The position numbers and the translations under genes were made by a program. Under the pieces are notes generated by a model, which worked only from the letters and a program-made list of their open reading frames with translations, was not told the DNA's origin and searched no databases. This document shows, piece by piece, positions 29,981 through 41,222 of a stretch of 64,000 nt of DNA. This stretch comes from Candidatus Bathyarchaeota archaeon (GTDB taxonomy: Archaea; Thermoproteota; Bathyarchaeia; Bathyarchaeales; Bathycorpusculaceae), in contig CAWFFH010000003.1 in the NCBI GenBank assembly GCA_963815095.1, positions 1 to 64,000 on the forward strand. Reading direction: 5' to 3'. Every line of letters starts with the position of its first letter. The first letter of the stretch is position 1.

Positions 29981-30475
29981 TAGTTCCCCAATCCCGTATT
30001 TGGCATCCAGGGCTTTTAGGAGCGCTTTTCGGAGTTCTTCCCCCTTCAATTCCTCTTCCTTTGAGGTTCCAAACGCTCTAGCTAAGTCTTCATCTTTACA
30101 GACTTCTTTTAGCCACTTCTCAAAATCACCTCGATATAGATGAAACTCAAGCGAATCAGGAATCACCTGCTTAATTAACCTGTAAAATTCATCAAGCGAC
30201 TTTGCTGAGAACCCCAGCGGCTTATCTACATCAACATAAAAGTTAAACCCCCACTCCGTGGAGACAGGCAGATATGCTTTTACGATATTTTTGCCTTTTT
30301 CAGTTAAACCAAATCCGGCGCCGACCTTGCGCAAAAATCCTTCTTTGGCAAGTTCCTGTACTTCCGTTATGGCTTGGTTTGGTGTTAGGTCGACGGCTTG
30401 TGCGAACATGTTTAGGTCCATGCGGATGGTTGCTTCGTTCATGGTTTTTAGAATTTTGATTTGTTCTTCTTTCAA
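29975..30475 (-). CDS. wHTH + DUF5752-like protein
   Basis: N-terminal wHTH; FNFY..A.SLDEF..SLEFHLYRGDFEKWL. Confidence 0.75.
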   Translation of the reverse strand: MKEEQIKILKTMNEATIRMDLNMFAQAVDLTPNQAITEVQELAKEGFLRKVGAGFGLTEKGKNIVKAYLPVSTEWGFNFYVDVDKPLGFSAKSLDEFYRLIKQVIPDSLEFHLYRGDFEKWLKEVCKDEDLARAFGTSKEEELKGEELRKALLKALDAKYGIGELL

Positions 30476-30597
30476 GAAACTTCGCCTCGTTATATGTATG
30501 ATATAAGGGAAATGGGAAATTTAAATGTGTTAATGCGCTTTGCTGTTAAATGGCAAGTTTTTATTTCTCTAAATCCACCAGTTATCTGGGATACTTC

Positions 30598-30918
30598 ATG
30601 AATACCGAATACATCATAGTTTTTGTTACAACAGCAAATAAGGCGGAAGCAGAAAAAATCTCTCAAGCACTTCTTACTGAACGCCTAATTGCCTGCGCCA
30701 ACATCGTAAACCCAGTTACTTCTTTCTTTTTTTGGTCAAGTAAGATTGATCGGGCGGAGGAGTGTTTGGTGGTTATGAAGTCTCGGCGGGATTTGTTTTT
30801 AGAGTTGGCGGAGCGGTTGAAGGGTTTGCATAGTTATGAGGTTCCTGAGGTTTTGGCGCTTCCAATTGTTGAAGGTTCCGAGAAGTATTTGGCTTGGATG
30901 GGTGAAGTCCTCAAGTAA
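30598..30918 (+). CDS. cutA: Divalent-cation tolerance protein CutA
   Basis: LIACANI, HSYEVPEVLALPI. Confidence 0.93.
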   Translation: MNTEYIIVFVTTANKAEAEKISQALLTERLIACANIVNPVTSFFFWSSKIDRAEECLVVMKSRRDLFLELAERLKGLHSYEVPEVLALPIVEGSEKYLAWMGEVLK

Positions 30919-30920
30919 CT

Positions 30921-30936
30921 TGTACATTTTTGTACT
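30921..30936. promoter_or_regulatory. TRP-box pair (TrpY-type operator)
   Basis: TGTACA-TTTT-TGTACT just upstream of a TATA-like element and trpE. Confidence 0.65.
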
Positions 30937-30963
30937 GGTAAGCCTTAAATAAAGCATTACAGT

Positions 30964-32403
30964 ATGCTTCTGAACTATAGGAAGTATAATAAATGGGGAA
31001 TCGCCTTTGGCTCAGCGCCAACACAAACTAAACCGCTAAACTATGTTAAATTCAACTACACAAACCAACCCCTAGAAATATTCTCAAAACTCCACCAAAA
31101 ATACAAAACCGCCTATCTACTAGAATCAATTGAAGGACCACAAAAACTCGCGCAATTCTCATTTTTAGGGTTTGACCCAAAAATCAACATAACCGCAAAA
31201 AACGGCGCAGTCACCATAACAAACCTCCAAACTAACCAAACTCTCAACAAACAAACCAATGACCCCTTCAAACTCATCGCAGAGCAACTCCAACCATATG
31301 CAAACCACATGGTGGACTTTCGTTTTATCGGCGGAGCCTTAGGCTACATATCCTATGACGCAATAAGATACATCGAAAAACTCCCCAGCCAAAAACCAGA
31401 TGACCTCCATTTCCCTGATATAGAGATGGGGATTTTTGAAGATGGAATTGTTTTCAACCACACAATCAATCAAGCCTACTATTATTTCAGAAGCGAAAAC
31501 CGACTAGCAGAAATTACTGAGCTCCTCAAAGAGCCAGCTCCTACAGAGGAAAAGTTCACATATACCCAACCTACAATTAACATTTCAAAAGAAAATTTTG
31601 AAAAAGCAGTAGAAAAAGCCAAACAATACATAACTGCTGGAGACATATTCCAAGTTGTCTTATCTAAACGCTTCCAATTCCAATACACTGGCAGCCTTCT
31701 AAACTTCTACAGAAGCCTACGCCAAATCAACCCCTCACCCTACATGTTCTACTACAAATCCGATAAACGACAAATCGTCGGCGCTAGCCCAGAAATGCTA
31801 GTTCGCGTGGACAACCGAAAAATCCTAACTTTCCCTATTGCAGGTACGACACCTATGACGGCAGATCAAAAAGAAAACGTGCGCCTTGGCAATGAACTAC
31901 TAAAAGACCAAAAGGAATGTGCCGAGCACGTAATGCTGGTTGATTTAGCAAGAAATGACGTGGGCAAAATCAGCAAATACGGAAGCGTAACGGTTCCAGA
32001 ATTTATGCAGGTTCATCAGTTTAGCCATGTCCAGCACATCGTATCCCAGGTGAGCGGCGAATTAAGAGATGGCTTAGAAAGCTTTGATGCACTAAAAGCG
32101 GTTTTTCCGGCAGGCACAGTTTCAGGTGCACCCAAAGTTCGCGCCATGGAAATAATCGAAGAACTTGAGCCATCACGCCGTGGACCGTATGCAGGGGCGG
32201 TGGGTTACTTCAGCTGCAACGGCAACTCGGATTTTGCAATAACCATACGCACCCTGTTCTCTGAGGGCGACCAAGCATACATTCAGGCGGGCGCGGGCAT
32301 CGTTGCCGATTCGATACCTGAAAAAGAGTGGTTTGAAACCGACCATAAAGCCAAGGCGCTGATTAAAGCCCTTGAGCACGCCGCAGGAGGCAAACAGCCA
32401 TGA
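30964..32403 (+). CDS. trpE: Anthranilate synthase component I
   Basis: LLES, GDIFQVVLS, NPSPYM, PIAGT, EHVMLVDLARND, PAGTVSGAPK. Confidence 0.96.
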   Translation: MLLNYRKYNKWGIAFGSAPTQTKPLNYVKFNYTNQPLEIFSKLHQKYKTAYLLESIEGPQKLAQFSFLGFDPKINITAKNGAVTITNLQTNQTLNKQTNDPFKLIAEQLQPYANHMVDFRFIGGALGYISYDAIRYIEKLPSQKPDDLHFPDIEMGIFEDGIVFNHTINQAYYYFRSENRLAEITELLKEPAPTEEKFTYTQPTINISKENFEKAVEKAKQYITAGDIFQVVLSKRFQFQYTGSLLNFYRSLRQINPSPYMFYYKSDKRQIVGASPEMLVRVDNRKILTFPIAGTTPMTADQKENVRLGNELLKDQKECAEHVMLVDLARNDVGKISKYGSVTVPEFMQVHQFSHVQHIVSQVSGELRDGLESFDALKAVFPAGTVSGAPKVRAMEIIEELEPSRRGPYAGAVGYFSCNGNSDFAITIRTLFSEGDQAYIQAGAGIVADSIPEKEWFETDHKAKALIKALEHAAGGKQP

Positions 32404-32984
32404 AAGTCATAGTCATAGATAATTATGACTCGTTTGTTTACAACCTTGTCCAATACATAGGTGAGCTTGGGGCAGAAGTAATCGTTTACAGAAACGACCA
32501 AACCAGCCTCGAAGAGATAATCAATCAGAAACCTGATCGAATCGTGATTTCGCCGGGTCCAGGCACACCTGAAGATGAAAGATACTTCGGCGTCTGCACA
32601 GCAATACTTCGAAACCTAAGCCCAAAAATCCCAACGTTGGGCGTCTGTCTTGGTCACCAAGGAATAATCCATGTATTCGGCGGAAAAGTCATCCACGCCA
32701 AAAAACTCATGCATGGAAAAACCTGCACGATAAAACACAATCAAAAAGGCATCCTCAAAGGTGTACGTAACCCTTTCAACGCAACAAGATACCACTCGCT
32801 TGCTGGCGAACGAAAATCCATTCCAGATTGCCTTGAAATTACCGCTGAATCAGTTGAGGATGGAGAAATCATGGGCATACGCCACAAGCAGTACCCGATT
32901 TACGGGGTCCAATTTCATCCAGAATCCATCCTTTGCGAAGATGGCAAACTAATCATTAAGAACTTCTTGGAGGACAAACAATGA
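32400..32984 (+). CDS. trpG: Anthranilate synthase component II
   Basis: IDNYDSF, SPGPG, GVCLGHQ, QFHPES. Confidence 0.96.
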   Translation: MKVIVIDNYDSFVYNLVQYIGELGAEVIVYRNDQTSLEEIINQKPDRIVISPGPGTPEDERYFGVCTAILRNLSPKIPTLGVCLGHQGIIHVFGGKVIHAKKLMHGKTCTIKHNQKGILKGVRNPFNATRYHSLAGERKSIPDCLEITAESVEDGEIMGIRHKQYPIYGVQFHPESILCEDGKLIIKNFLEDKQ

Positions 32985-34039
32985 TTCGAGAAGGCATCCA
33001 AATACTCATCGAAGGCAAAGACCTAACGTTTAAGGAATCTGGAGAAATAATGCGGGAAGTCATTTCTGGACAAGCAACAAACGCTCAAACAGCAGCTTTC
33101 CTAACAGCTCTAAGAATGAAAGGTGAAGCCGTTGATGAACTAATCGCTTTTGCTTCAGTTATGCGAGAGAATTGCTGTCAAATTCAACCCCAAGTGCAAG
33201 GGCGCTTGGTAGACACTTGCGGAACAGGCGGCGACAAAATAAAAACTTTCAACATTAGCACAGCAGCAGCATTTGTCATCGCAGGCGCTGGTGTCTCTGT
33301 AGCTAAGCATGGAAACAGGGCTGTCACCAGCAAAAGCGGAAGCGCCGATGTATTGGAAAAACTTGGCTTAAACCTCAATGTTGAAAATAAAACAATTCAA
33401 AGCATAATCGAAAAAGTCGGAATAGGCTTCATGTTTGCACCAGCATTCCATCCGGCAATGAAATATGCTGCTGAAACCCGAAGAGAAATCGGCATCCGTA
33501 CAATCTTCAACATCCTTGGGCCTTTAACGAATCCAGCATGCGCCAATGCTCAATTGCTCGGAGTTTACGACGCTAAACTAGTGGTTCCGATGGCTTATGC
33601 ATTGGAGAAGCTGGGTTGCGAGGAAGCCATGGTTGTTCATGGGCTTGATGGGTTGGACGAGATTTCAACAGTAGGCAAAACCGTTGTTGCACACTTAAAG
33701 AAGGGCAATGTGGCGAAATTGGAGTTTGTTCCAAGCAATTTTGGAGTAAAAACATCAAAAATAAGTGATTTGCAAACATCAACGATTGAGGAAAACGTTA
33801 AAATCATCTTCAAAATCCTAAAAGACAAAACTACTAGCGACGCAAAGACTGACATTGTGCTCGTTAACAGTGCCGCAGGAATCATCATTGGTGGCAAAGC
33901 AGAAAACTTTGCAGAAGCCATGGAAATCGCCAGAAAATCAATTGCGAGCGGAGCTGCATATGCTAAACTAAAAGATTTAATTAAAGCATCGAGTGGCAGT
34001 TTGAAGAGGCTTGAGGAGTTAGAAGCAAAATATGAGTGA
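32981..34039 (+). CDS. trpD: Anthranilate phosphoribosyltransferase
   Basis: DTCGTGGD, NIST, KHGNR..SGSAD. Confidence 0.97.
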   Translation: MIREGIQILIEGKDLTFKESGEIMREVISGQATNAQTAAFLTALRMKGEAVDELIAFASVMRENCCQIQPQVQGRLVDTCGTGGDKIKTFNISTAAAFVIAGAGVSVAKHGNRAVTSKSGSADVLEKLGLNLNVENKTIQSIIEKVGIGFMFAPAFHPAMKYAAETRREIGIRTIFNILGPLTNPACANAQLLGVYDAKLVVPMAYALEKLGCEEAMVVHGLDGLDEISTVGKTVVAHLKKGNVAKLEFVPSNFGVKTSKISDLQTSTIEENVKIIFKILKDKTTSDAKTDIVLVNSAAGIIIGGKAENFAEAMEIARKSIASGAAYAKLKDLIKASSGSLKRLEELEAKYE

Positions 34040-34808
34040 TTACCTTGATTTGCTGGCGCATGGAGCCCAAATAACCATTGAGAGCGAATACTATGAGAAA
34101 GCTCTTCATGCTGAGAGTTTTCAGGTTAGCTTGAAGAAGGCGATTTTGAACAGTAAAGTAAATCCGATAATAACTGAAATTAAATCTGCCTCGCCATCTG
34201 CAGGAGTCATTAGGACTAAGGTTGAACCGGCATTGATTGCTAAGTCCATGAAAAAAGGCGGAGCTACAGCCCTATCAGTTTTAACTGAACCAAAACAGTT
34301 CAACGGATCCTTAGAAGCTCTATCTCAAGCTAGAAAAGCTGTAGACCTTCCAATCTTAATGAAAGACATCATTTTGAGCCCCATACAAGTCTTTGCCGCA
34401 TCAAAACTTGGAGCCAACGCTGTTCTACTGATTCAAGCACTTTTTGACCGTGAATATTGTGAAAAAAATCTAACTGAAATGATTACTGGAGCTCACGTTT
34501 TGGGGTTGGAGGTTTTGCTTGAAACTCACACCGAAACCGAGTTTAATAATGCCGTAAAAACGGATGCTGACTTGATTGGGATAAATAACCGTAATCTTGC
34601 AACTTTAAAGGTAGACCTCAATGTAACCAAACAGATTCTTACAAAAAATAATCCAAACGGAAAAATAGTCGTAAGTGAGAGCGGAATAAACACGCCTGCA
34701 GACATTTGTTTTCTACGTGAATGTGGAACACGCGCTTTCCTGATTGGTTCAGCAATAATGTTAAATGATAACATTGAGAAAAAAGTTAAGGAGTTTGTTG
34801 AAGCATGA
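34032..34808 (+). CDS. trpC: Indole-3-glycerol-phosphate synthase
   Basis: [26 protein letters not shown]. Confidence 0.95.
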   Translation: MSDYLDLLAHGAQITIESEYYEKALHAESFQVSLKKAILNSKVNPIITEIKSASPSAGVIRTKVEPALIAKSMKKGGATALSVLTEPKQFNGSLEALSQARKAVDLPILMKDIILSPIQVFAASKLGANAVLLIQALFDREYCEKNLTEMITGAHVLGLEVLLETHTETEFNNAVKTDADLIGINNRNLATLKVDLNVTKQILTKNNPNGKIVVSESGINTPADICFLRECGTRAFLIGSAIMLNDNIEKKVKEFVEA

Positions 34809-36001
34809 AACTAAGCAACTACCCTATTGACGGCAAATATGGACGGTATGGCGGGCGTTTTGTTCCCGAGGTTTTAATGGAAGCCATCAGTGAACTTGAA
34901 CAAGCTTACAATAAAGCCAGAAAAGACCCTGAATTCCAGAAACAATTGGAATACTATCTTTCTGAATTTGTGGGCAGACCAACACCGCTCTATCTCGCTG
35001 AAAACCTGACGCGGAAGCTGGATGGAGCAAAAATCTACCTCAAACGCGAAGACTTGGCCCATGGTGGAGCTCACAAAATAAACAATACCATTGGACAAGC
35101 ATTGCTTGCCAAGCGGATGGGCAAAACACGTATAATCGCAGAAACTGGAGCAGGACAACATGGTGTCGCAACTGCGATTGCCTGTGCTGCTTTAGGTTTG
35201 AAAGCTGAGGTTTATATGGGTACCGAAGACTGCGAACGCCAACGTCTCAACGTTTTTCGAATGAAACTCTTAAACGCAGAGGTGCATCCTGTGGAAACAG
35301 GCTCCAAAACCCTCAAAGACTCAATAAACGAAGCGTTCAGAGACTGGGTAACTAACCTTGAAACCACCTATTATCTGATTGGTTCAGTTGTGGGTCCGCA
35401 TCCTTACCCGATGATTGTCCGCGATTTCCAAAGCGTAATTGGCAACGAAATAAAAGAGCAATTCAAGCAAAAAGAAGGCGGATTGCCCGATGCGCTGGTG
35501 GCTTGTGTGGGCGGTGGAAGTAACGCTATTGGAACTTTTTACCCATTTGAGGACGATTCCTCAGTGAAACTTTGTGGTGTTGAGGCTGCAGGCAAAGGCA
35601 TAGAAACAGGCAAACATGCCGCATCTCTTAACGCTGGCACCGAAGGCGTCTTCCACGGAATGCTAACCTATGTACTCCAAGACAGCAACGGACAAATCCA
35701 GAACACAAGCAGCGTTTCAGCAGGCTTAGATTACCCAGGCGTCGGACCAGAACACTCGTTCCTAAAAATCTCTAAACGCGCAGAATATGCCTCTATTACA
35801 GACAAAGAAGCAGTGGCTGCCTTCCTGGAATTGTCTAAGGAAGAAGGAATTTTGCCAGCGTTGGAATCTTCACACGCCGTAGCGCACGCAATGAAACTTG
35901 CACCGAAAATGAAGAAAAACCAATCAATCGTGATTACATTGTCAGGTCGCGGAGACAAAGACGTTGAAACCATAGCTGATTACATTGGAGCCAAAATATG
36001 A
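34805..36001 (+). CDS. trpB: Tryptophan synthase beta chain (TrpB1)
   Basis: [36 protein letters not shown]. Confidence 0.98.
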   Translation: MKLSNYPIDGKYGRYGGRFVPEVLMEAISELEQAYNKARKDPEFQKQLEYYLSEFVGRPTPLYLAENLTRKLDGAKIYLKREDLAHGGAHKINNTIGQALLAKRMGKTRIIAETGAGQHGVATAIACAALGLKAEVYMGTEDCERQRLNVFRMKLLNAEVHPVETGSKTLKDSINEAFRDWVTNLETTYYLIGSVVGPHPYPMIVRDFQSVIGNEIKEQFKQKEGGLPDALVACVGGGSNAIGTFYPFEDDSSVKLCGVEAAGKGIETGKHAASLNAGTEGVFHGMLTYVLQDSNGQIQNTSSVSAGLDYPGVGPEHSFLKISKRAEYASITDKEAVAAFLELSKEEGILPALESSHAVAHAMKLAPKMKKNQSIVITLSGRGDKDVETIADYIGAKI

Positions 36002-36804
36002 ACAACCTAACCAAAGCATTCCAAAATGCAAAAACGCAGGGAAATGGGGCATTAATTGGCTATATTATGGCTGGAGACCCAACCCCTGAGCATACGCCCA
36101 AAATTGCAGATGCTCTCATCAAAGGCGGCGTAGACATCCTTGAGCTGGGGTTGCCTTTTTCTGACCCTATAGCTGATGGACCCACAATTCAAGCTGCAGG
36201 ATTGCGAGCTTTGAATTCCGGAACCACGCCGATGCAGGTGCTTAAAATTGCTAAACAAATCAAAAGCAAACACGACATACCAATCGTTATTATGACTTAC
36301 TATAATCCTGTATTCCGAATCGGACTCGACAAATTCTTGGGTTCAGCTAAGGACTACATGGTTGACGGTTTCATAATTCCTGACTTGCCAGTAGAAGAAG
36401 CATCAGACTACAAAAAAGCTGCCAAAGCGCAGGGCTTGGATACGATTTTTCTTGCGGCACCATCAACATCAAACGAACGTTTAACCAAAATAGCCAAGGC
36501 CTCTTCCGGCTTCCTTTATTTGGTTTCACATTATGGCGTCACGGGAACAAAAACAACTGTCGAAGACTCAACCGTCCAATTAATCAAACGTGTCCTTCCA
36601 TTCACGGCTGGAAAAATTCCCTTAGCAGTTGGGTTTGGTATCTCAAAACCTGAACATGTGGAGCGCATCATTGCATCAGGAGCAGATGCGGTAATCGTTG
36701 GCAGCGCATTCATAAACATCATCCAAAAAGACAAACCAACAATGCTAAAAAATCTCCAAACAACTGCAGAAGCACTCAAAACAGCAACAAAAATCATAAA
36801 ATAA
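35998..36804 (+). CDS. trpA: Tryptophan synthase alpha chain
   Basis: [28 protein letters not shown]. Confidence 0.97.
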   Translation: MNNLTKAFQNAKTQGNGALIGYIMAGDPTPEHTPKIADALIKGGVDILELGLPFSDPIADGPTIQAAGLRALNSGTTPMQVLKIAKQIKSKHDIPIVIMTYYNPVFRIGLDKFLGSAKDYMVDGFIIPDLPVEEASDYKKAAKAQGLDTIFLAAPSTSNERLTKIAKASSGFLYLVSHYGVTGTKTTVEDSTVQLIKRVLPFTAGKIPLAVGFGISKPEHVERIIASGADAVIVGSAFINIIQKDKPTMLKNLQTTAEALKTATKIIK

Positions 36805-36864
36805 CCAGAAACTGCTCCGCCACCACTGGGAAAGTTTTATAGTTGGATTAATCCATCTATGTGC

Positions 36865-37183
36865 GGCGGTGGATCTTAAGCGGTGGGTTAGGGGTCCATT
36901 GTACCGTAAATCCTCTACATGACGGGCTGACATCTGCGGATGAGGCGTCAAAGGCCGCTTGAACTTCCATTTCCGAACCAGTGACTATCCGTCCTTTGGG
37001 GCTGGCGGTCGATGGGTGGCTTCCGTAGGGAAGTTACTTCATCGTTCAGCAGGCGAACCTGGCTAGGCTCGGGAGAGAGCAACCTAAGTTTGGACGTTAT
37101 GCGCTCAAGGGGGTGCGGGTAAGAGTGTAGGGTTTGGAGGCTTCAGACGGATTCTGGGCGTCAAACCGCAGTGGTCCACCGCT
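36865..37183 (+). ncRNA. ffs: Archaeal SRP (7S) RNA
   Basis: 5' GGCGGTGGATC pairs with 3' GGTCCACCGCT; Alu-like 5' domain; helix 6 hairpin with GTAG loop; helix 8 CTAGGCTCGGGAGAGAGCAA; TATA at 36835-36841. Confidence 0.9.
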
Positions 37184-37206
37184 ACTTAGTTTCGTTTGTG
37201 AAAAAG

Positions 37207-39705
37207 TTAGGTTAAAGGGAGTTGAATAGTGAAGGTTGTTCCTTCGCCCAGTTGGCTTTCAAAGCTTATTTTTCCGCCCTGCGCTTCTATTAGACGCTTT
37301 ACCACCGCCAAACCAAAGCCTTGTCCTTTTGATTTTGTAGTAAATAAAGGCGTGAAAAGTCTGTTTTTTACTTCCTCAGGAATACCTTCGCCCGTATCTT
37401 CAATATTAATGAAAGCATAATCTGCCGTATATTTTGCGGTAATTTTCAGGATTCCGCCGTTTGTCATGGCTTGTACCGCATTTTGGATTAAATTTATCAG
37501 TGCCCGTTTGAGCATTGAAAAGTCAGCTATAAACGTTGGAAAACCTTTCTCAAATAACATGTTTACTTGTAGATTGCTTGGAATGGCAACGATAAGTAAG
37601 GCTTCTTCGATGGCTTTTTCGATATTTACTTTTTCTTTGTTCGGTTTTAGGGGTTTTGTGTAATCTTGCAAATCTGCAACTATCTTGTCAATATAGAACA
37701 AGTTTTCCTCGATGTTGGTCACACTTTCCATTATGTTCTTTTTTGCGTCGCAACTTGGCATAGAAGATAATTCATCTTTGGCAAGGTAAAGTTCTCCAAC
37801 GATGGCTTGCAATGGATTGCGAATATCATGCCCAACCATGCCTGCAGTTTGCCCAATAGCAACTAAACGCATGTTTTCTCTCAATTGCTTTGCTCTTTCG
37901 TTGGCAAGCTTTTCCATTTGATTAGCGTATTCTTCCAGTTGACAAGTTGCTTGTTCTCTGTCTTTGCGAAGTCTCAATATCTCGATGCCGTATGCGAAGT
38001 CGTTGGATAATTCTGTTAGGAGCTTTATTTCTTCATTGGAGAAGGGGTCTAGTTCTTGGCTGTAGATATTTAGGGCGCCAAAAGTTTTGTTATCAAATGA
38101 TGATAGCGGCAAGACAAGTGATGCTGTGTATTTTCTTTTGGTGGCTTGTTCGCGCCATGGCTCAAAATTAGGATCTGTATTCATGTTTTTGCAGGCGTAT
38201 GGTCTTCCTGTTCGAATTACAGTTCCCGTTGGTCCTCGTCCCCGTGGTTTATCTTCCCAAGTTATGTTTAAATGATCAATGTACTCTTTATCGAAACCTG
38301 CAAAGACTACTGGTCTTACAGTTTTGTTTTTGTCATGTTCTGCTTTGCCCACCCAAACAAGTGGGTAGCCACAGTCGTGGATAATTATGTTGCAGACTTC
38401 TTGGGTTAATGTGGTTTCGTCGGTTGCATGCATGAGGGCTTGGCTGCTGTTGCTGATTGCTCTTAGATGACGATTAAGTTTACTGAGGGCATCCTCTGAT
38501 TTTTTACGTTCAGTAATGTTCCTTGCAACATGTACCGAACCAATCAAGGTCCCTTTATCATCTCTTAGGGGCGACGTGCTAACTAAGAAGTCTCCTCCAA
38601 GGCGCTGTTCATGCACTTCGGCCGTATGTTCTTTCCCATCATTAACAGTTTGTGAGTGTGGACAAAAATCAGGCGGCTTATCTAAGCCGTGAACACATTG
38701 ATAACAGAATAATCCAACTGCTTTTTCAGGAGATACACCCAACTGCTGCGCCATAGCCTTGTTTGCCCGCACAATTCTAAACTGATTATCAAGAACCGCT
38801 ACAAAATCTGGAACACTATCAAAAGTGCGTTCCCAATCGTTCTTTGCCTTCCAAAGCTCTTGTTCAGCCATTTTCTGTTTCGTAATATCCTGAACCATCC
38901 CCACAGAGCGAACAATCTTACCCGATTCATTCCTGATATGCTCGCATTTTTCGTAAACTATCCGTATTTCGCCCGTATGCTTCCTTACAACCTTATGCTC
39001 AATCTCATAAGTGTCTCTTCCCTCACGCAGCGAGCCAGAATATGCTGCGTCCACAGCAGCCCTATCGTCGGGGTGTATTGCATTGAGGAATGCTTCGTAG
39101 GTTGCTCCGAACTCCTGAGGCTTCAACCCGAAGATTCGGTAAACCTCATCCGACCAATTAAGCTTATTATTTATTATGTCCAGTTCCCAACTGCCAAGAT
39201 GGGCGATTTCTTGACTTCGATTGAGGCGTTTTTCGTTTTCCTCTAATGCCTCCTGTGTCTGTTTGCGCTTTGTTATATCTTCAAATATGGCAGCAAAATA
39301 CCCTTTTTGAGGGCAATACACAGAAACGGATAACCATAAACTCAAGGGCTTAAAATAAATTTCAAATCTTTCTTCCTTGCAGGAAAAGGCAACTCGGCCA
39401 TAAATTTCGAACAATTCAGGATTAGCTTCTTTAATTCCTGGAATAGCTTCCGTAACTTTCCTTCCGAGAACTAGCTCCCTTTTCAGTCCTGTTATTCTCG
39501 TGAAGGCATCATTAATTTCTAAATAAACAAAGTCTAATGGCTTATTTTCTTCATCAAAAATCATCTTGCAGAAAGCAAACCCATCCATCATATTCGAGAA
39601 GAGGGAGCTATAGCGTTCTTCACTTGCTCTAAGTCTTTCTTCTGCACTTAAGTAATCATGGTTAAATGTTGCTTGCAGAGAAGGGCTACGGGAAAACTCG
39701 TCCAT
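37207..39705 (-). CDS. Soluble PAS-PAS-PAS-GAF histidine kinase
   Basis: Three PAS/PAC domains, GAF, H-box GHDIRNPL, NAVQA, DTGEGI, GQGFGL. Confidence 0.95.
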   Translation of the reverse strand: MDEFSRSPSLQATFNHDYLSAEERLRASEERYSSLFSNMMDGFAFCKMIFDEENKPLDFVYLEINDAFTRITGLKRELVLGRKVTEAIPGIKEANPELFEIYGRVAFSCKEERFEIYFKPLSLWLSVSVYCPQKGYFAAIFEDITKRKQTQEALEENEKRLNRSQEIAHLGSWELDIINNKLNWSDEVYRIFGLKPQEFGATYEAFLNAIHPDDRAAVDAAYSGSLREGRDTYEIEHKVVRKHTGEIRIVYEKCEHIRNESGKIVRSVGMVQDITKQKMAEQELWKAKNDWERTFDSVPDFVAVLDNQFRIVRANKAMAQQLGVSPEKAVGLFCYQCVHGLDKPPDFCPHSQTVNDGKEHTAEVHEQRLGGDFLVSTSPLRDDKGTLIGSVHVARNITERKKSEDALSKLNRHLRAISNSSQALMHATDETTLTQEVCNIIIHDCGYPLVWVGKAEHDKNKTVRPVVFAGFDKEYIDHLNITWEDKPRGRGPTGTVIRTGRPYACKNMNTDPNFEPWREQATKRKYTASLVLPLSSFDNKTFGALNIYSQELDPFSNEEIKLLTELSNDFAYGIEILRLRKDREQATCQLEEYANQMEKLANERAKQLRENMRLVAIGQTAGMVGHDIRNPLQAIVGELYLAKDELSSMPSCDAKKNIMESVTNIEENLFYIDKIVADLQDYTKPLKPNKEKVNIEKAIEEALLIVAIPSNLQVNMLFEKGFPTFIADFSMLKRALINLIQNAVQAMTNGGILKITAKYTADYAFINIEDTGEGIPEEVKNRLFTPLFTTKSKGQGFGLAVVKRLIEAQGGKISFESQLGEGTTFTIQLPLT

Positions 39706-40002
39706 TGGGTTCTAGCTCCCTAGAAATAAACATGAAGGTGAACAGAATCTAATAAAACTTGTTAAAAATCTTGAATTATCCTGAAAACTTATACTTGATA
39801 GTTAGAACAAAGCCAATTTCATTTGGCACGGGCTTGTTATTTCAAAAACAAACTTTGAATACACATGAAAAGTTAGAGAACAAAAATAGCACAATTCAGT
39901 CTGCAATGCGTCGAAAATCAATTGTTCAAACTCTGAAATCCTATATTAGATGTGTGGCTGGGTTTGCTCTAAGCCCCCTCGGAATCTTTCTATTTTAAGT
40001 AG

Positions 40003-40551
40003 TTATTTAGATTCATCTATGCCTTTTTTGTAGAGCGCCTTATCTATTACTCTTACGTCGAGGTTTTGTTTGGCTGCGGTTTTTCTGATGACGGCGAGCA
40101 GGACGAGGTAGTTTTGGGTGGTTTGCATGTTTGGGGGCACGTTGCCGAGGAGTGCTTTCCAAGTGTGTTGGTCGAGAATGCAGTATTGTTTGGGATCGAA
40201 GAATGCCAAGATGACGCTGGCTAAGATGGGGCTGATACCTTCCAGAAGAGTGAGACAGTTCATGCGGTAGCTGTCTTCGCAACCTGGAATGCTCAGTGCT
40301 TGGCTGGTTAATCGGTTAACTGTTGTTTCGTCGTTTCGAGCCACCAATGCTAAACTGCGTGCTTGCCTCTCAGCGACATCTTTGAATTTCCATTCAACAA
40401 TCGAAGCCAAATCCTTACAAGTCAAAGACTTATTTTTGCGAAATTTTGCCCCGAGTTCCCGCTCCCGCTGCGCCTGCCACCCAAAGGCTTTGTCGTATTT
40501 GCGGCTCCACATCAAGAAGTCAGCTTTGTCCACACAATCACCATGCAACAA
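40003..40551 (-). CDS. Hypothetical protein, HhH DNA-glycosylase-like fold
   Basis: IVEWK, LEGISPILASVIL, ILD, R.IDKAL pattern. Confidence 0.6.
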   Translation of the reverse strand: MLHGDCVDKADFLMWSRKYDKAFGWQAQRERELGAKFRKNKSLTCKDLASIVEWKFKDVAERQARSLALVARNDETTVNRLTSQALSIPGCEDSYRMNCLTLLEGISPILASVILAFFDPKQYCILDQHTWKALLGNVPPNMQTTQNYLVLLAVIRKTAAKQNLDVRVIDKALYKKGIDESK

Positions 40552-40616
40552 CTAATTGCGTTGCGCTTGCTTTTCAGCGTTTGCCCAAACAACAATAAAA
40601 ATTAAGAAAAGGGTGT

Positions 40617-40739
40617 TTAATTTTGGTCTACTAGGTGTGCTGTTCCGTCTGGACAGTAAACTTTCTCATCTTTGCTAACACGCCTGTACCTTTCACTACA
40701 CATATGCAGAAGGGTGCAACCGTCGCAATCTCTACTCAA
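40617..40739 (-). CDS. Cys-rich microprotein (40 aa)
   Basis: TTG start with GGAGG RBS and upstream TTATAA; MSRDCDGCTLLHMCSERYRRVSKDEKVYCPDGTAHLVDQN*. Confidence 0.7.
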   Translation of the reverse strand: MSRDCDGCTLLHMCSERYRRVSKDEKVYCPDGTAHLVDQN

Positions 40740-40823
40740 CACTTTTTTTCGCCTCCTATTAGGGCATCTTGCATCAGTGAAATCTGCTTATAAGGCTATG
40801 TAATATGGGCGTATATACGCACG

Positions 40824-40928
40824 CTAATGTTTTCTCGTGCGGGCTATGCAAGTTTTGTAGGCGATGCAGTCATGGGAGCATGGGGTGGCTGTTTTGGTTT
40901 GGCAATCCAAGATTATTGTGCTGTTCAT
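40824..40928 (-). CDS. Cys-rich microprotein (34 aa)
   Basis: AGGTGA RBS; MNSTIILDCQTKTATPCSHDCIAYKTCIARTRKH*. Confidence 0.5.
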   Translation of the reverse strand: MNSTIILDCQTKTATPCSHDCIAYKTCIARTRKH

Positions 40929-41222
40929 GTTGTTTCACCTTGTTTTGTGCTCTTGGCTAGGACTGAACGCGGGGATGGGGTACACGTGAATATGAAAGGC
41001 AAAAGAAACATGCCTGAACAGTTTTCTTCTTGTGCCGCTAAATCCATCATGCCTTATCCACATGTTTTGTTTTGCTCTGATAGGTATGTGCATATGTTGA
41101 GATTTAAAGGATTTTGAGAAATGTTCATAAATTTTATGAAAACATCTGCATCCGTTTAACTAAAACAACGCATTTACGGTAAACAAGCATGAATTAACCT
41201 AAATATTGGACAAAAAAATATC

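Noticed and set aside
36842-36858. GTTGGATTAATCCATCT as a third B12 operator
   Set aside because: The spacer is one base longer, the right half is weaker, and it lies in the SRP RNA promoter; kept only as a caveat.
36745-36951. 68-aa minus-strand ORF
   Set aside because: Antisense to the trpA end and SRP RNA; spurious.
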